From Squalus acanthias (Eukaryota), in the NCBI GenBank assembly GCA_030390025.1, contig CM059432.1, positions 106,146,001 to 106,210,000 of the forward strand: DNA of 64,000 nucleotides. The letters are read 5' to 3'. Of the stretch, positions 1 through 13,152 are shown in pieces. The notes below the pieces were generated by a model, which saw only the letters and a program-made list of their open reading frames with translations, did not search any database and was not told where the DNA came from. The position numbers and the translations under genes are program-made. The first letter of the stretch is position 1; every line of letters starts with the position of its first letter.

Positions 1-84
1 GGATGCACAGTGATTTCATAAATTATGTATGGAAATGCATCCTGTTTGATTGCATGTATGCTCAACACTTTGATAATGATGAGA

Positions 85-325
85 ACTTGTTGGCCAAGAC
101 ACCAAGAGAACTGCCCTGCTCTTCTTCGAATTGTACCATGGGATCTTTCATGTCCACCTGAGAGGGCAAATGGGGCCTCAGTTCAACATCTCATCCAAAT
201 GACAGCACCTCTGACAATGCAGTACTGATGTTTCAGTCGAGATTATGCGTTGAAGCCCCTGGATGGAGCTGGATAGCCCATGACCTACTGGCTCAGATAG
301 AGAGTGCTACCACTGAGCCAAGCCT
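85..325 (-). mobile_element. tRNA-derived DeuSINE (SacSINE1/AmnSINE1-like), decayed
   Basis: Minus strand has head GGCTCAGTGGTAGCACTCT and a Deu-domain-like stretch GCCCTCTCAGGTGGACATGAAAGATCCCATGGTACAATTCGAAGAAGAGCAGGG. Confidence 0.7.
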
Positions 326-330
326 TTTAA

Positions 331-1597
331 GGGAACGGTAGCATAGTGGTTATGTTACTGGACTAGTAATCCAGAGGCCTGGACTAATGATTCAGAGACA
401 TGGGGCTGGATTTGACCAGCCCTGAGGAGGCAGGTTTGGAGGCATGACTGCTGGGAAAATCAAAAAGAATAGGAGCGGGTCCCGAACCTGCTCCCAACCC
501 GCCTCCAACCAATCTTCCCAGGAGTCGGGTCCCCGATTTGCACAGGGACCCGACTCCTAGCGGCAGGAAGAGGATTATAGCCACTTAACTGCCTGTTAAC
601 AGGCAGTTAAGAGGCTTTTTCCCATTTTGAGTCTTCTGCTGCGGGCTTCCCGACGTCAGGGAACCCCGCCAGGGTAAGTGAGGCGTGCTGTGGGTCTCTT
701 GTAATGTTTGTGTATAGATGACAGCTGCAGAAGTGGTGTGAAGGATGCAATGGGACCCTGGTGAGTATTAGAGGTAAGGAAATGTTGGGAAAGTCATTTT
801 TAATGTGTTTAGATTTTTCTGTAGGTGACAAGCTTTGAAGTGTTTGTGTGGCCTCACCTCATTGGGAGAAGTGACAGATCGCTTCTGTACCCTCACCTGC
901 AGCTGCCATCTGTTTTATCCTAAGGAGAGAGTCATTGGAGAGCCTAGGTGCAAGGGTTCACCTTTGTACAGTGATTGTCAGTGTTTGACATCACCTCAAT
1001 GCTGTCAAACACTGTCAAATCATCTGTCAAAAATAAATGGTTCATGTCCCTTTATGAAAACCGGCAGATGAAGCATCATCAACTGACGTCATCTGACACT
1101 GGCTTTCCCTTAATTGGCCAGCAAGCCCGCAGGGCGGGCTTAACAAGGCCAATCAGGGGAAAATAGTGTCTGTGCGTCAGACGTCGCTGGGGGTGGGACT
1201 AGAACCCGGAAGGCAGCAGTCCCGCCCCCAACTCGTCTCAGCAGGTAAAATCCAGCCCGAGTTCAAATCCCACCATGGCAGCTGGTTAGTTAAATAAAAA
1301 TCTGGAATAAAAAGATAGCATCAGTAATGGTGACCATGTAACTACCGGATTGTCATAAAAACCCATCTGGTTCACTAATACCCTTTAGGGAACAAAATCT
1401 GCCTTACCTGGTCTAGCCTATATGTAACTCCAGACCCACAGCAATGTGGTTGATTCTTAACTGCCCTCTGAAGTGGCATAGCAAGTCACTTAGTTGTCAA
1501 GAAGGTGGTTCATCACCACCTTCTCCAGGGCAATTAGGGATAGGCAATAAATACTGGTCTTGCCAGCGATGCCCACATCCCGTGAATGTATTTAAAA
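331..1597 (+). mobile_element. tRNA-derived SINE with LINE-derived 3' tail, split by an insertion at 403-1258
   Basis: A-box-like GGTAGCATAGTGG (337) and B-box-like GAGTTCAAATCCC (1259); tail at 1497-1590 matches the 3' end of the LINEs at 9685 and 45445. Confidence 0.8.
403..1258. mobile_element. Non-autonomous TIR element (GGGCTGGATTT family)
   Basis: Ends GGGCTGGATTTGACC ... GGTAAAATCCAGCCC; interrupts the SINE; no credible ORF. Confidence 0.8.
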
Positions 1598-1806
1598 AGA
1601 GTACAATATATTGGTGCACATGAATTTATGAATTCAATATTTCAGGGTTAATAAATGCAGATAAAACAAATCTTGCTGCCTTTCATTTCCTTTCCTTAAT
1701 TTGTTTATGAAATGTCACTGGAAGATAAAAGAGGTCTCTAATTAGGGGACAAACTGTGCTACTTTCTACAGCCAAGCTTTCAGCATAAGAGACACTTAGA
1801 ACTTAC

Positions 1807-1926
1807 TGGTTGTCCTCCCCACCATCGAGGATTGAATTTTTCTCTACCTCGAAGGCTGAAGTTGGCATCAAACACAGGGTCATGCATCAAGTTGCCAACA
1901 ATTCCATGCGATTCAGGATAAAGTCC
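1807..1926 (-). CDS. ENPP2: ENPP2 exon 8 ([40 protein letters not shown]); gene continues left of the window
   Basis: caaag acceptor and CCA|GTAAGT donor; 120 nt, phase 0-0; conserved NPP motifs. Confidence 0.97.
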
Positions 1927-2679
1927 CTTTGTGTGAAAAACCAAAGCAAATTGATTAGATGTGGGCTTTACTTGTCAGAATCTGCACAACCTTTTCACAC
2001 TAAATCATTTCGCAAGGGAAAATATACATTTAAAACCTACATACAGCAAATTAGAACTGGAAAGCAAAGCTGTGTTTCTAAATTATTTATGTAATAGAAA
2101 AGAGCAGGAAAACTAACATTTATGTTTGCTTGGAAAAAGAAACAAGTTTTAGATGAGTTTAATACCCTCACATAGTTTTTTCCTCTTATTTCGGCTTCCA
2201 ATGTATTGCTCATTCACTAATTTCAAAACCTGGACTACATACTGCACATAAAATGTGCTGAAATAGTGAAAGAAGTGGAAAAAGGTATTGACACAGCATT
2301 AACGAAAACACTATTGCCATTAATGAATCCCATATATTTCCTTTTCCTATGCAGACAGGGTTTCTACTATTTCAGCACATTAAGGCTTGTTTATCCTGAA
2401 ATTAGTTTAAATCAGGGTCATGAGCATAGTACTCGACAAAAAGGCAAAAATGGAGAAGAAAAAGGACCTCACACGATTATCAATAAGGATATTTTTACTT
2501 TTACAGAAGTTTCTAGCTTGATTAATTCCCAGCCCTTTTTTAAGTTTAATAGGGCAACATGTGTCATTTAAAAAAAAATAATCTAAGTCACCATTCTGAA
2601 AGCCTCCATTACTGTTTTTTCCCTCTAACAATTATCTCCCTGAAGGGATTGCCTACATACTGCAGCACAATACCATATG

Positions 2680-3118
2680 AGCCAGCAACTCTCTGGTATG
2701 TTGGTACCCCATGATATTTAACATGAAATTCATCACAACTAAGCCTAATCCATCCTCACCAAAAGTTCATGTGTGAACTTTCAGCGGCGGCTCTAGCAGC
2801 AATCAGAGCATAAAAATAAAAACAGAAAATGCTGGAAATACACAACAAGTCTGCCAGCAGCTGAAAAGAAAAAAGACAGATTAACTTTTCAAGTATAGAC
2901 CTTTCGTCAGGTTTTTCTGTTTTTATTTCAGGAGCTGAATGCCTGACTGTTTTATCCTCCTCCTTTCCCAGGAACGCTTGGGTGAATTGAAGTTTTTTTT
3001 CTTCACTGCCTCAGATGATATTGGCTAAATTCGCACAAATTAGAAAATATACTTGGGATTTTCCTGGTTTATATGGCTCAGTGCCACCCCATCCAGTGCC
3101 TACATCTACAGGGCCATC
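2680..3118 (-). mobile_element. Ancient AmnSINE2-like SINE, interrupted by a Penelope terminal relic
   Basis: Reverse complement resembles the copies at 41200, 50075 and 55040; family name from recalled consensus. Confidence 0.45.
2811..2931 (-). mobile_element. Penelope-like pLTR relic with decayed hammerhead core
   Basis: AAAACAGAAAATGCTGGAAATA terminus with partial inverted copy; minus strand reads CTGACGA-AAGGT-CTAT-ACTT-GAAA. Confidence 0.55.
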
Positions 3119-3232
3119 ATGTGAGTATCCACTATTTCATATACAATGAACAGTTTGTGTCATACAAAGATACACTGAAATCAAAATATATTTAGTTTGA
3201 ATACAAGCAAGTTGTTAATAAATCACAGGTTA

Positions 3233-3412
<180 letters not shown>

Positions 3413-3840
3413 TTACCATCTGCAAAATAGTAAGTGTGTTGTAATATTGACACAATGCCAGTGATAGCTATGGGAAAGAAACACTAACGTGTGGTGTTCT
3501 ATAAGCCACTACTGAATATATCACTTAGATTTGATATGTAATTCTCTGAAATTATCAACTTGCATAATATAAATTCTGTTACATTTGAAAATACTCAGTA
3601 TTTGGATTTATTTTTCAATCACTATACAATGTTATTGCAGATTCTGATGAAGGCAAGATTTGTAAGATTAGTGTCACATCAATTGTACATCTGGAATTCA
3701 TTATATCACAAGTTGGTACTTCCATGTAAAGCCTGAACCTTGCAGCTATAGAAATCGGGGACAACAGCAAAGTGAATAAGCAAAATAGGTACTATACTGT
3801 ATTAATTTAAACAACAATCTGCATACTAATAAAACTTACT

Positions 3841-4025
3841 GGGGTAGATCTTAACTTTGTGCAATAATGTAAACAGGTGATAGCGAATCGGCAGCCCGTT
3901 TTACATCTCTCCTGATTTTTATTTCCATTGAAGTCAATGGAAATAAAAATCGGAAGAGATGTCAAACAGATTGCCAATCCCCTATCAGCCGTTTTACACT
4001 ATCGCACAAAGTCAAGATCTACACC
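3841..4025. mobile_element. Fold-back palindromic MITE (185 bp)
   Basis: GGGGTAGATCTT ... AAGATCTACACC ends; imperfect hairpin along its length centred on TTTCCATTGA-AG-TCAATGGAAA. Confidence 0.8.
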
Positions 4026-5280
4026 ATTGTGTCTGCAAAGCCTACTTGAATTCTGCAATGTTTTAAGTAGTTCCCCTAAAATAGTTACTCTTAGGGATTC
4101 TGTTATGTAGCAAATAAAATACAAAAAGGTTTTATGCTGTCACTGTAGAGACAGAAGGGTTCTATTTTCGTCAACAGCTTGTGTTATTTTTAGGTTTTTC
4201 AAAGAGAACAAGGTTTGATTCAAACCACAGGTTTGTTTAACTTTACTTGTGAATGTTATATTACTTCGTGTAAATCAAACAGAACTGAAAATAAGGACAG
4301 AAGACACATTTACATTGAGGAGATTAACTCTTTCCTACTCGCAAACTTTTATTATTTTCCATGGGAACTAGCCAGACCCTTTTGGGGACATTAAAAGAGA
4401 ACCGGCTAAGAAGGAAGTACCTTTCCCCTTTTGTGTCTCGCTGCATAAAGTTTGAAAACTAATGATCAGTTGATGCACTCCTCTTTAAAGCAGAGATGCA
4501 AATGTGATTGAAGCAGTTATGAAGGGGAAGTGATCTGCTGATGTTAGGCAGAAGGTTTCCAAAATAAAATATGCCCATTTTCAGGGATTGTGTTCTACAA
4601 AGTTAGTCTTTGCCAACAAGTCCCTTTGGTGTATGCACAGAAAAACAGTTTCGAACCAAATGCTGCCTGGTGGATGCGCTCAGTAAAGGTCTTTGTATTG
4701 CATGTCAGTGAAGTAAGTTTATTTAGACCTCCTCAAATCAACTGTCTCAGGCTCTCTATATGAGCCTTTCAACTGCTGGTCATTTTTCAATGGTAAACCA
4801 TTTAGAGGTGGGGGAGTGGAGGGAGAGGGTAGTTTACACTTCAAATACTTTGCCATACATAGATATGTCACTATTAAAAACTGATCTGGATTTACAGAGC
4901 ACTATAGCTTAAATAGGGCTAATTTACTAAATTTGGAGTGGATCCCAATTTTTAAAATGCACCATTCATGGTGCTGGAGTCAGTCCGAATCAATTCAGAA
5001 TTTATTCATTCCAGTTTTTTTTTTAGGGATTTTCAATGCCACAAAGCATTATGTTATGTTTACTGGTATTTTCAAATCTTACCTCTGCTTACAGAGAATT
5101 ATCTCAAGGATTTTCCTGAAATAAAGGACTGAGCAGCATCAACCAAGCAGTTTTAAAGAGGTAGGAGAATAAAAGAAAGCACTTTAGAGGACTGAACCTC
5201 TGAGTATACCAATAAACAGCAACACTTTTATTCTTAAAGTTTCCTTTTTACTTTGATAGTTTAATCAGACATCTTAAAAC

Positions 5281-5958
5281 TCGGTTGATTTGCCCTCTTA
5301 GGGCGCTAACGGGGTGCAAAGCAACTAGCGCCTGGGCGCAGTGCCGCCAACACCTCCCGTGAAATTCAGCGGGAGGTTAGCGGCGGCGGTAACTGTTAGT
5401 GCCCCGTGGAGCTGCGCCTCTGACAATGACGTCATCGCCGTGCGCAGCGCCCCAGCTGAGATCTTCGGTAGCGCCCCCTGACTTACGGCTGGACGCTATG
5501 TCTGACAGGGCCAGGGGAGCCGACCTGCGGCCGGGACGACGTAAATTAAAGGGGAGGTGCCGGGCGGCCATTTTTGTTGCTGGCCGCCTGCCAGCACCTG
5601 CCCCCGTTGCTGTCCCCAGCCTTATGTGCAGCCCCCCCGCGGGGTGCCGGCTGCGCTCCGTGAGCCCGGCACTTCTCTTGCGAGCCGGGCTCTTTTGCCA
5701 ACACTCCGATCCCTGGTGACCCAGCTGGGCCCCGGGTCGCGCTGCGCAAGGCCCCTCTCCTTTAATAAGACATAGCGCCGTGATATTCACTTGCAGTGCC
5801 CCAAGAGGAAGGCGGGACTCTTCCAGTAGCGCCCCACCTCCATCTTGGGCCGCGACCAGTGAATTTTGGGTGCAGGGGCGCTAATTTTTTCAGGGCGCTA
5901 TAAGTAGCACCCCGGCGAAGTTAGCGCCCCAAAGGGGGCGTGACCCAATTTTTCCCCC
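5281..5958. mobile_element. GC-rich non-autonomous TIR element related to 14604-15502, left TIR eroded
   Basis: Right end AATTTTTCCCCC; 5290-5420 resembles the reverse complement of 15340-15470; many GGCGCTAA/TTAGCGCC motifs. Confidence 0.7.
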
Positions 5959-6451
5959 TTGCTCCGTGATAATATTCTAAATAAGTTAATTTAGAAAATA
6001 GTTGTACAATATTAAAATCCATTTATATATAGAATTTACTTTAAAATAAAGCCAAATTTCTTGATTAATATTTAATATTGCAAATATTTACACTTAATAA
6101 TGTTTATAAGGAATCATTTGGATCACTGTAGTTTGGGACAGGAATTGTATAAAATATAGGTATGAAACTGATCATTCATACAAGTAGTGTTCATTTCATA
6201 CGTGAACATTTCATACGTGCCACTGGTGCCAATTGCCAATCACTTACAAACATCACCTCAGTAAGTGGCATAATCACATACACAATTGAGTTTCTGAAAC
6301 AATACAGTGAAGCATGCAGGACTTCTCCAAAACAAGCTGCTTGGAATCACTGGAGCATAAATTAATTCACAATCACTTAATCTGAATTTGCTGCAGTTTA
6401 GACTGATCCAGACTGCAGAACTATTCCACCTTTCAGTAGACACAAACTTTA

Positions 6452-6616
<165 letters not shown>

Positions 6617-7216
6617 TTAAAGCAAAAGGTCTACAGCAATAGCTATTTTAATTATGTATTTACTACATTCAGAGACTTCAACTATTAATCAATTATACAT
6701 GAGTATTTCTTCTGCAGACATCAAAAATAAAAAGCTGTAATAATATAAACAAAATTCAGTTGAATTCAATTTCAGTGATCACCGCTTGTAATGATTGTTT
6801 GGTTGTAATGTTTGATCTTCTTGTCATAACCATAAACCATGTGTATCTGTGCAGTTCTGTTCACTTACGATAAGCAGTGGGGATTTGGTTATATTACTGA
6901 ATGTGAGGAAACAAATTTCACAGCTCATTCTGTGAGCAATCTGTGAAATTCTTTTCTGCCCTGAAATAATAGACTTTGATGAGACATATTGATCTGTTTA
7001 TATTTACAAGGCAAAGATTGGCACCTTCAAACTGAAACCAAAGGTTGCTCATAGCTTGCAACCTGCTGCTATATCTCACCTCACCCGGCATCGTAGTTCT
7101 GCCTCTCTCTCCACACACCTCACCTGCCTGATTGTGCATAAGGTTTTCACAACAGTGCTTTGCTATCCCGTGAGTGGAGCGCATGTTATTCAACATACAG
7201 TAACCAGCTAGAGCTA

Positions 7217-7440
7217 TCATAGAATGATACAGCACAAAACAATGCCATTTGGCTCATCATGCCTGTCTCGGCTCTTTGGCAGAGCTATCCAATTAGTCCC
7301 ACTCCCCTGCTCTTTCTCCATATCCCTGTAAATGTTTTCCCTACAAGTATTTATCCAATTCCTTTTTGAAAGTTATTAGTGAATCTGCTTCCACCACCCT
7401 TTCAGGCAGTGCTTTCCATATCACAACAGCATGCTACATA
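7217..7440 (-). mobile_element. CR1 LINE 3' fragment
   Basis: Tail ATCATAGAAT followed by the same 3' UTR seen at 43200-43423 and 58965-59180. Confidence 0.75.
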
Positions 7441-8091
7441 AACTAGCGCAAAAGATCGCTGAATTTTAAGCGCAAATTGCGTTCAACGCAACTTGAGTTT
7501 CTGCGATGTTTCGCACTAGTTTTAAAAACATTGTGCCAGGAGTTGTCCCCTCCCACAAAACTGGCCACGCCCCCAGGGTGAATTAATCTCCACTGGGAGT
7601 TTCCGCTAATTGCGCTCGTTTGCAGGCCTTCAAGCTGGTTCTTTTGGGCGCAAGGACACCAATAGGTCCGTATTAAAAGGTTTTGAATTTTTTTTAATTT
7701 ACAAAGGAACTGACTACTATAAAATAGTTTTGTATATTTTTTAATATAATTTTCAGTAACTTAAAATCGGATTACTCATAGGTGGTGGATTGACACTGTC
7801 ATTTAAAATGCTTATTTTTGTGATAAACCCATTTTCAGCAGTAGTAATCAAACTTTACCAAGTTACCACTCTTAAATATATCAAGGAATATTTTTAAATC
7901 AAATTTTTTTTAATTAAATTTTAAGACGCTGCCCGATTGCGCTGATTCATGGCAGTTTTTTGGTTTGGTGATATGCAAATTCGTTTGAGCAGAAACTTTG
8001 AGGGGAAAAAAACACTTTTCAAAACGGGCGCAATTTTGGGTGCAATTTGTACCGGAATCATTGATTGTGCCCAAAGTGGAAACTCTACCCC
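7441..8091. mobile_element. Truncated TIR-type element with AT-rich core
   Basis: Right end AAACTCTACCCC, matching the GGGGTAGA terminus at 3841; CpG-rich subterminal arms; left end absent. Confidence 0.5.
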
Positions 8092-8385
8092 ACTATCAGT
8101 AAAGTGCTGATGAATGGAACACATTTGTTGAATGTAACACAACTGGTTACTGTAGGTTCAGCAGCATGTGCTGTGCTCACCAGTTCTAATTTTAAAGGGG
8201 AACATGATTAAAGTAACCAAGTGCATGTTGCCAAATCTACAGCAACCGGGTGATTGATCAATTACTAATTTATTACTGAAGCCTACCTTATTAAAAACAA
8301 TTAGCACTATGAAGATAACTGTCATAGAAAAAATGCCGATTATGTCAGGACCCAGTTTTAACTATGAATGTTGGACTGTACATAC

Positions 8386-8446
8386 CCTGCTGGACAATCT
8401 GGTGTCTTCAAATCTTCACAATCTTCATCCACCCAGCGTGTCTCAC
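8386..8446 (-). CDS. ENPP2: ENPP2 exon 5 ([20 protein letters not shown])
   Basis: cactag acceptor and GG|GTATGT donor; 61 nt, phase 1-2; matches human [20 protein letters not shown]. Confidence 0.95.
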
Positions 8447-8952
8447 CTAGTGACAACGTTTATTATATAATTAACAAAGATTTGGACTATAGCACTAGCA
8501 TAAGATAAAATACGAAACAAAATCTAAGATATTTTATACCAAATTTAATCGTTCGTTTTGATGAGTCCCAAATAGAAATAAAAATCACAATTCTACAGGC
8601 ATAAAGCAGATCTGTAAATCACCTTTCAAGTTTTTATTTTATGAAAGAAAACATTGACAACATCTGCAAAAACTTGTTTTTAAATAAAAGAAAATTACAG
8701 AAGCTCCTTAAAAGTCTTCATGGCTATGAATTTTAAAAATATACAACATATATTCAGTTCATCACACGTTTAACATTTTTATTCTGTCAAAAAAAATCTA
8801 CAAAAGACAATCTTAGTAAAACCAGACCAGAGTAACTCCCAGTAATATAAAAGTATCAAAATGTGTTCAGTAAAGAAGGTCAACAACATTACAATTTCAG
8901 CTACTGATATCACAACTTCTCAAAAAAATTAACTTGTTGAGAGTTACTGATG

Positions 8953-9540
8953 CTGTGGCCTTGGTGAAACCACACCTGGAGTACTGTGTACAATTTTGGT
9001 CTCCTTACCTAAGTAAGGATATACTTGCCATAGAGGGAGTGCAACGAAGGGTCACGAGATTGATTCCTGGGATGGCGGGACTGTCGTATGAGAAGAGATT
9101 GAGTAAACTAGGCCTGTATTCTCTTGAATTCAGAAGAATGAGAGGGGATCTCATTGAAGCATACAAAATTATTACAGGGCTTGATAGGGTGGATGCTGAG
9201 AAAATGTTTCCCTTGGCTGGGGAGCCTAGAACCAGGGGCCACAGCCTCAGGATAAAGGGTCGGCCATTCAGGACTGAGATGAGAAGAAATTTCTTCACAC
9301 AGATGGTGGTGAATCTTTGGAATTCTCTACCCCAGAGGGCTGTGGAGGCTCAGTCATTGGGAATATTCAAAACAGAAGTCGATAGATTTATGACTAGTAA
9401 AGGCATCAAGGGATATGGCGATAGGGCCGGTGAATGGAGTTGAGGCAGAAGATCAGCCATGATCTCATTGAATGGTGGAGCAGGCTCGAAGGGCCGAATG
9501 GCCTACTCCTGCTCCTATTTCTTATGTTATGTTCTTATGA
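8953..9540 (+). mobile_element. CR1 (HER1-like) LINE, 5'-truncated ORF2 C-terminus and 3' UTR
   Basis: PHLEYCVQFWSP...RRMRGDLIE...NLWNSLP; tail TTCTTATG repeats. Confidence 0.95.
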
Positions 9541-9684
9541 TGTTTACAAGTCATAAACTTTGAACAGCAACCCACCCCCTTCCCAACAATTCTCCATCCT
9601 CATTAAAAAAAAAAGTTCCCAGAAACATTAACTTATCTCTTCTAGAAACTTGAAAGCCTAAAAATTACTGCTGGTGGTTTTTTT

Positions 9685-10750
9685 TCCGTTCATGGGATGT
9701 GGGCGTCGCTGGCGAGGCCAGCATTTATTGCCCATCCCTAATTGCCCTTGAGAAGGTGGTGGTGAGCCGCCTTCTTGAACTGCTGCAGTCCGTGTGGTGA
9801 AGGTACTTCCACAGTGCTGTTAGGTAGGGAGTTCCAGGATTTTGAACCAGCGACGATGAAGGATCGGCGATATACTTCCAAGTCAGGATAGTGTGTGACT
9901 TGGAGGGGAGCTTGGAAGTGGTGCTGTTCCCATGTGCCTGCTGCCCTTGTCCTTCTAGGTGGTAGATGTCGCGGATTTGGGAGGTGCTGCCGAAGAAGTC
10001 TTGGCGAGTTGCTGCAATGCAGATGGTACACACTGCAGCCACTGTACGCCGGTGGTGGAGGGAGTGAATGTTTAAGGTGGTGGATGGGGTGCCAATCAAG
10101 CAGGCTGCTTTGTCCTGGATGATTTCGAGCTTCTTGAGTGTTGTTGGAGCTGCACTCATCCAGGCAAGTGGAGAGTATTCCATCACACTCCTTACTTGTG
10201 CCTTGTCGATGGTGGCAAGGCTTTGGGGAGTCAGGAGGTGAGACACTAGCCGCAGAATACCTAGCCTCTGACCTGCTCTTGTTGCCACAGTATTTATGTG
10301 GCTGGTCCAGTTAAGTTTCAGGTCAATGGTGACCCCCAGGATGCTGATGGTGGGGGATTTGGCGATGGTAATGCTGTTGAATGTCAAGGGGCGGTGGTTA
10401 GACTCTCGCTTGTTGGTGATTGTCATTGCCTGGCACTTGTGTGGCGCAATTGTTACCTGCCACTTAACAGCCCAAGCCAGAATGTATTTCAGGTCTTGTT
10501 GCATGCGGGCATGGGCAGCTTCATTATCTGAGGAGTTGCGAATGGCATTAAACACTGTGCAGTCATCGGCGAACATCCCCATTTCTGACCTTATGTTGGA
10601 GGGAAAGTCATTGATGAAGCAGCTGAAGATGTTTGGACCTAGGACACTGCCCTGAGGAACTCCTGCAGCGATGTCCTGGGGCTGTGATGATTGACCTCCA
10701 ACCACCACAACCATCTTCCTTTGTGCTAGGTATGACTCCAGCCAGTGGAG
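9685..10750 (-). mobile_element. Second LINE family (CR1/L2 group, distinct from HER1-like CR1), 5'-truncated RT
   Basis: ORF 9725-10714 contains [14 protein letters not shown] and YKAQVRSVMEY-like motifs; same family as 43424-45520. Confidence 0.9.
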
Positions 10751-11124
10751 AGTTAGTATTAGTGGATGAAAACAAATGGGTTAATGCCTGCATTAAAATA
10801 GTGGACACAGGATGTCATATAAGAATACACTCTAAGTATTGTCCACTTATATCGCCTAGTCATTTCTAGTGTTCAATCTTCTTCACTTTTGCCAACTCCA
10901 AGAGGGAACACACTATAGAGTAAGTTTTCCGAGACTCGGTCCTAAATCAGAGTGCTTGAATTTTCTGTTCATTAAAATTAATAACCAGAAATTGGGGTGC
11001 ACTGACCTCTGCAACCGATTCTCCAATCAGCACTCCCACAGAGTGAGACTCCCACTCCATTTGGAGTCTCGGAAAAGTTTTACTCTGTGTGTCAGAAGGT
11101 AGTAATGGAATAATCTGAAATTAC

Positions 11125-11250
11125 CTTTGCATGTAACTTGATAGTTGGTGCAGCAATCTCCCATATTCATGCAATCTTCAGAACACTGGCAAGCATAATC
11201 TTCATTTCGTGCTTCCCCACAACGATCTTTGCTGCACTCCCATCCTCGAC
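11125..11250 (-). CDS. ENPP2: ENPP2 exon 4: somatomedin-B domain 2 ([41 protein letters not shown])
   Basis: ttctag acceptor and AAAG|GTAATT donor; 126 nt, phase 1-1; SMB cysteines. Confidence 0.97.
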
Positions 11251-13152
11251 CTAGAATACGTGGCAATAGATACACCATTAAACAAATTAGCAGCCAGTAG
11301 GGTATTCAGAAGAGATTTGCAAATTACCATCACTTTCCTTATCTTATAACAGCTTTTACATTTTACATTAATATATTTTAAAGGTCATTAACACAGTATA
11401 TATGTGATAAACACCATTACTGTATTTCATAGAAACATAGAAAAATAGGAGCAGGAGTAGGCCATTCGGCCCTTCGAGCCTGCTCCGCCATTCAATATGA
11501 TCTTGGCAGATCCACTATCTCAATACCATATTCCCTCTCTCTCCCCATACCCCTTGATGCCTTTTGTGTCTAGAAATCTATCTATCTCCTTCTTAAATAT
11601 ATTCAGTGACTTGGCCTCCACAGCCTTCTGTGGTAGAGAATTCCACAGGTTCACCACCCTCTGAATGAAGAAATTTCTCCTCATCTCAGTCCTAAATGTC
11701 CTACCCCGTATCCTGAGACTGTGACCCCTCGTTCTAGACCCACCAGCCAGGGGAAACATCCTCTCTGCATCCAGTCTGTCTAGCCCTGTCAGAATTTTAT
11801 ACGTTTCAATGAGATCCCCTCTCATTCTTCTAAACTCTAGTGAATACAGGCCTAGTCGACCCAATCTCTCCTCATACGACAGTCCTGCCATCCCAGGAAT
11901 CAGTCTGGTGAACCTTCGCTGCACTCCCTCTATGGCAAGTATATCCTTTCTTAGGTAAGGAGACCAAAACTGCACACAGTACTCCAGGTGTGATCTCACC
12001 AAGGCCCTGTACAACTGTAGTAAGACATCCTTGCTCCTGTACTCAAATCCTCTTGCAATGAAGGCCAACATACCATTTGCCTTCCTAACAGCTTGCTGCA
12101 CCTGCATGTTTGCTTTCAGTGACTGGTGTACAAGGACACCCAGGTCCCTTTGTACATCAGCATTTCCCAATCTATCACCATTTAAATAATACTCTACCTT
12201 TCTGTTTTTCCTACCGAAGTGGATAACTTCACATTTATCCACGTTATACTGCATCTGCCATGTATTTGCCCATTCACTCAACTTGTCTAAATCGCCTTGA
12301 AGCCTCTTTGCATCCTCCTCACAACTCACAATCCCACCTAGTTTTGTGTCGTCAGCAAACTTGGAAATATTACATTTGGTTCCCTCATCCAAATCATTGA
12401 TATATATTGTGAATAGCTGGGGCCCAAGCACTGATACCTGCGGTACCCCACTAGTCACCGCCTACCACCCCGAAAAAGACCCATTTATTCCTACTCTCTG
12501 TTTCCTGTCTGTTAACCAATTTTCAATCCATGCCAGTATATTATCCCCAATCCCATGTGCTTTAATTTTGCACATTAATCTCTTATGTGGGACTTTATCA
12601 AAGGCCTTCTGAAAATCCAAATACACCACATCCACTGGTTCTCCCTTATCTATTCTACCAGTTACATCCTCAAAAAACACCAGTAGGTTTGTCAAACACT
12701 ATTTCCCTTTCATAAATCCATGTTGACTTTGTCTAATCCAGTTGATATTTTCTAAGTGTCCTGTTATCACATCCTTTAAAATAGACTCTAGCATTTTCCC
12801 TACTACTGATGTTAGGCTAACCGGTCTGTAGTTCCCTGTTTTCTCTCTCCCTCCTTTTTTAAATAGTGGGGTTACATTTGCCACCCTCCAATCTGCAGGA
12901 ACTGTTCCATAATCTATAGAATTTGGGGAGATTACAACCAATGCATCCACTATTTCCATGGCTACCTCTTTTAGTACTCTGGGATACAGATTATCAGGCC
13001 CTGGGGATTTATCAGCTTTCAGTCCCATTAATTTCTCCAGCACTTTTTTTACTAATACTAATTTCCTTTAATTCCTCCTTCTCACTAGACCTTTGGTTCC
13101 CTAGCATTTCTGGGAAGTTATTTGTGTCCTCTTCCGTGAAGACAGAACCAAA

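Noticed and set aside
337..400. tRNA-like sequence (also 50393 and 50580)
   Set aside because: SINE heads; no complete cloverleaf, and followed by SINE body and tail
5377..5790. Overlapping GC-rich ORFs resembling a CpG-island gene
   Set aside because: They lie in a TIR-type repeat related to 14604-15502; no recognisable domain; ORFs on both strands reflect GC content
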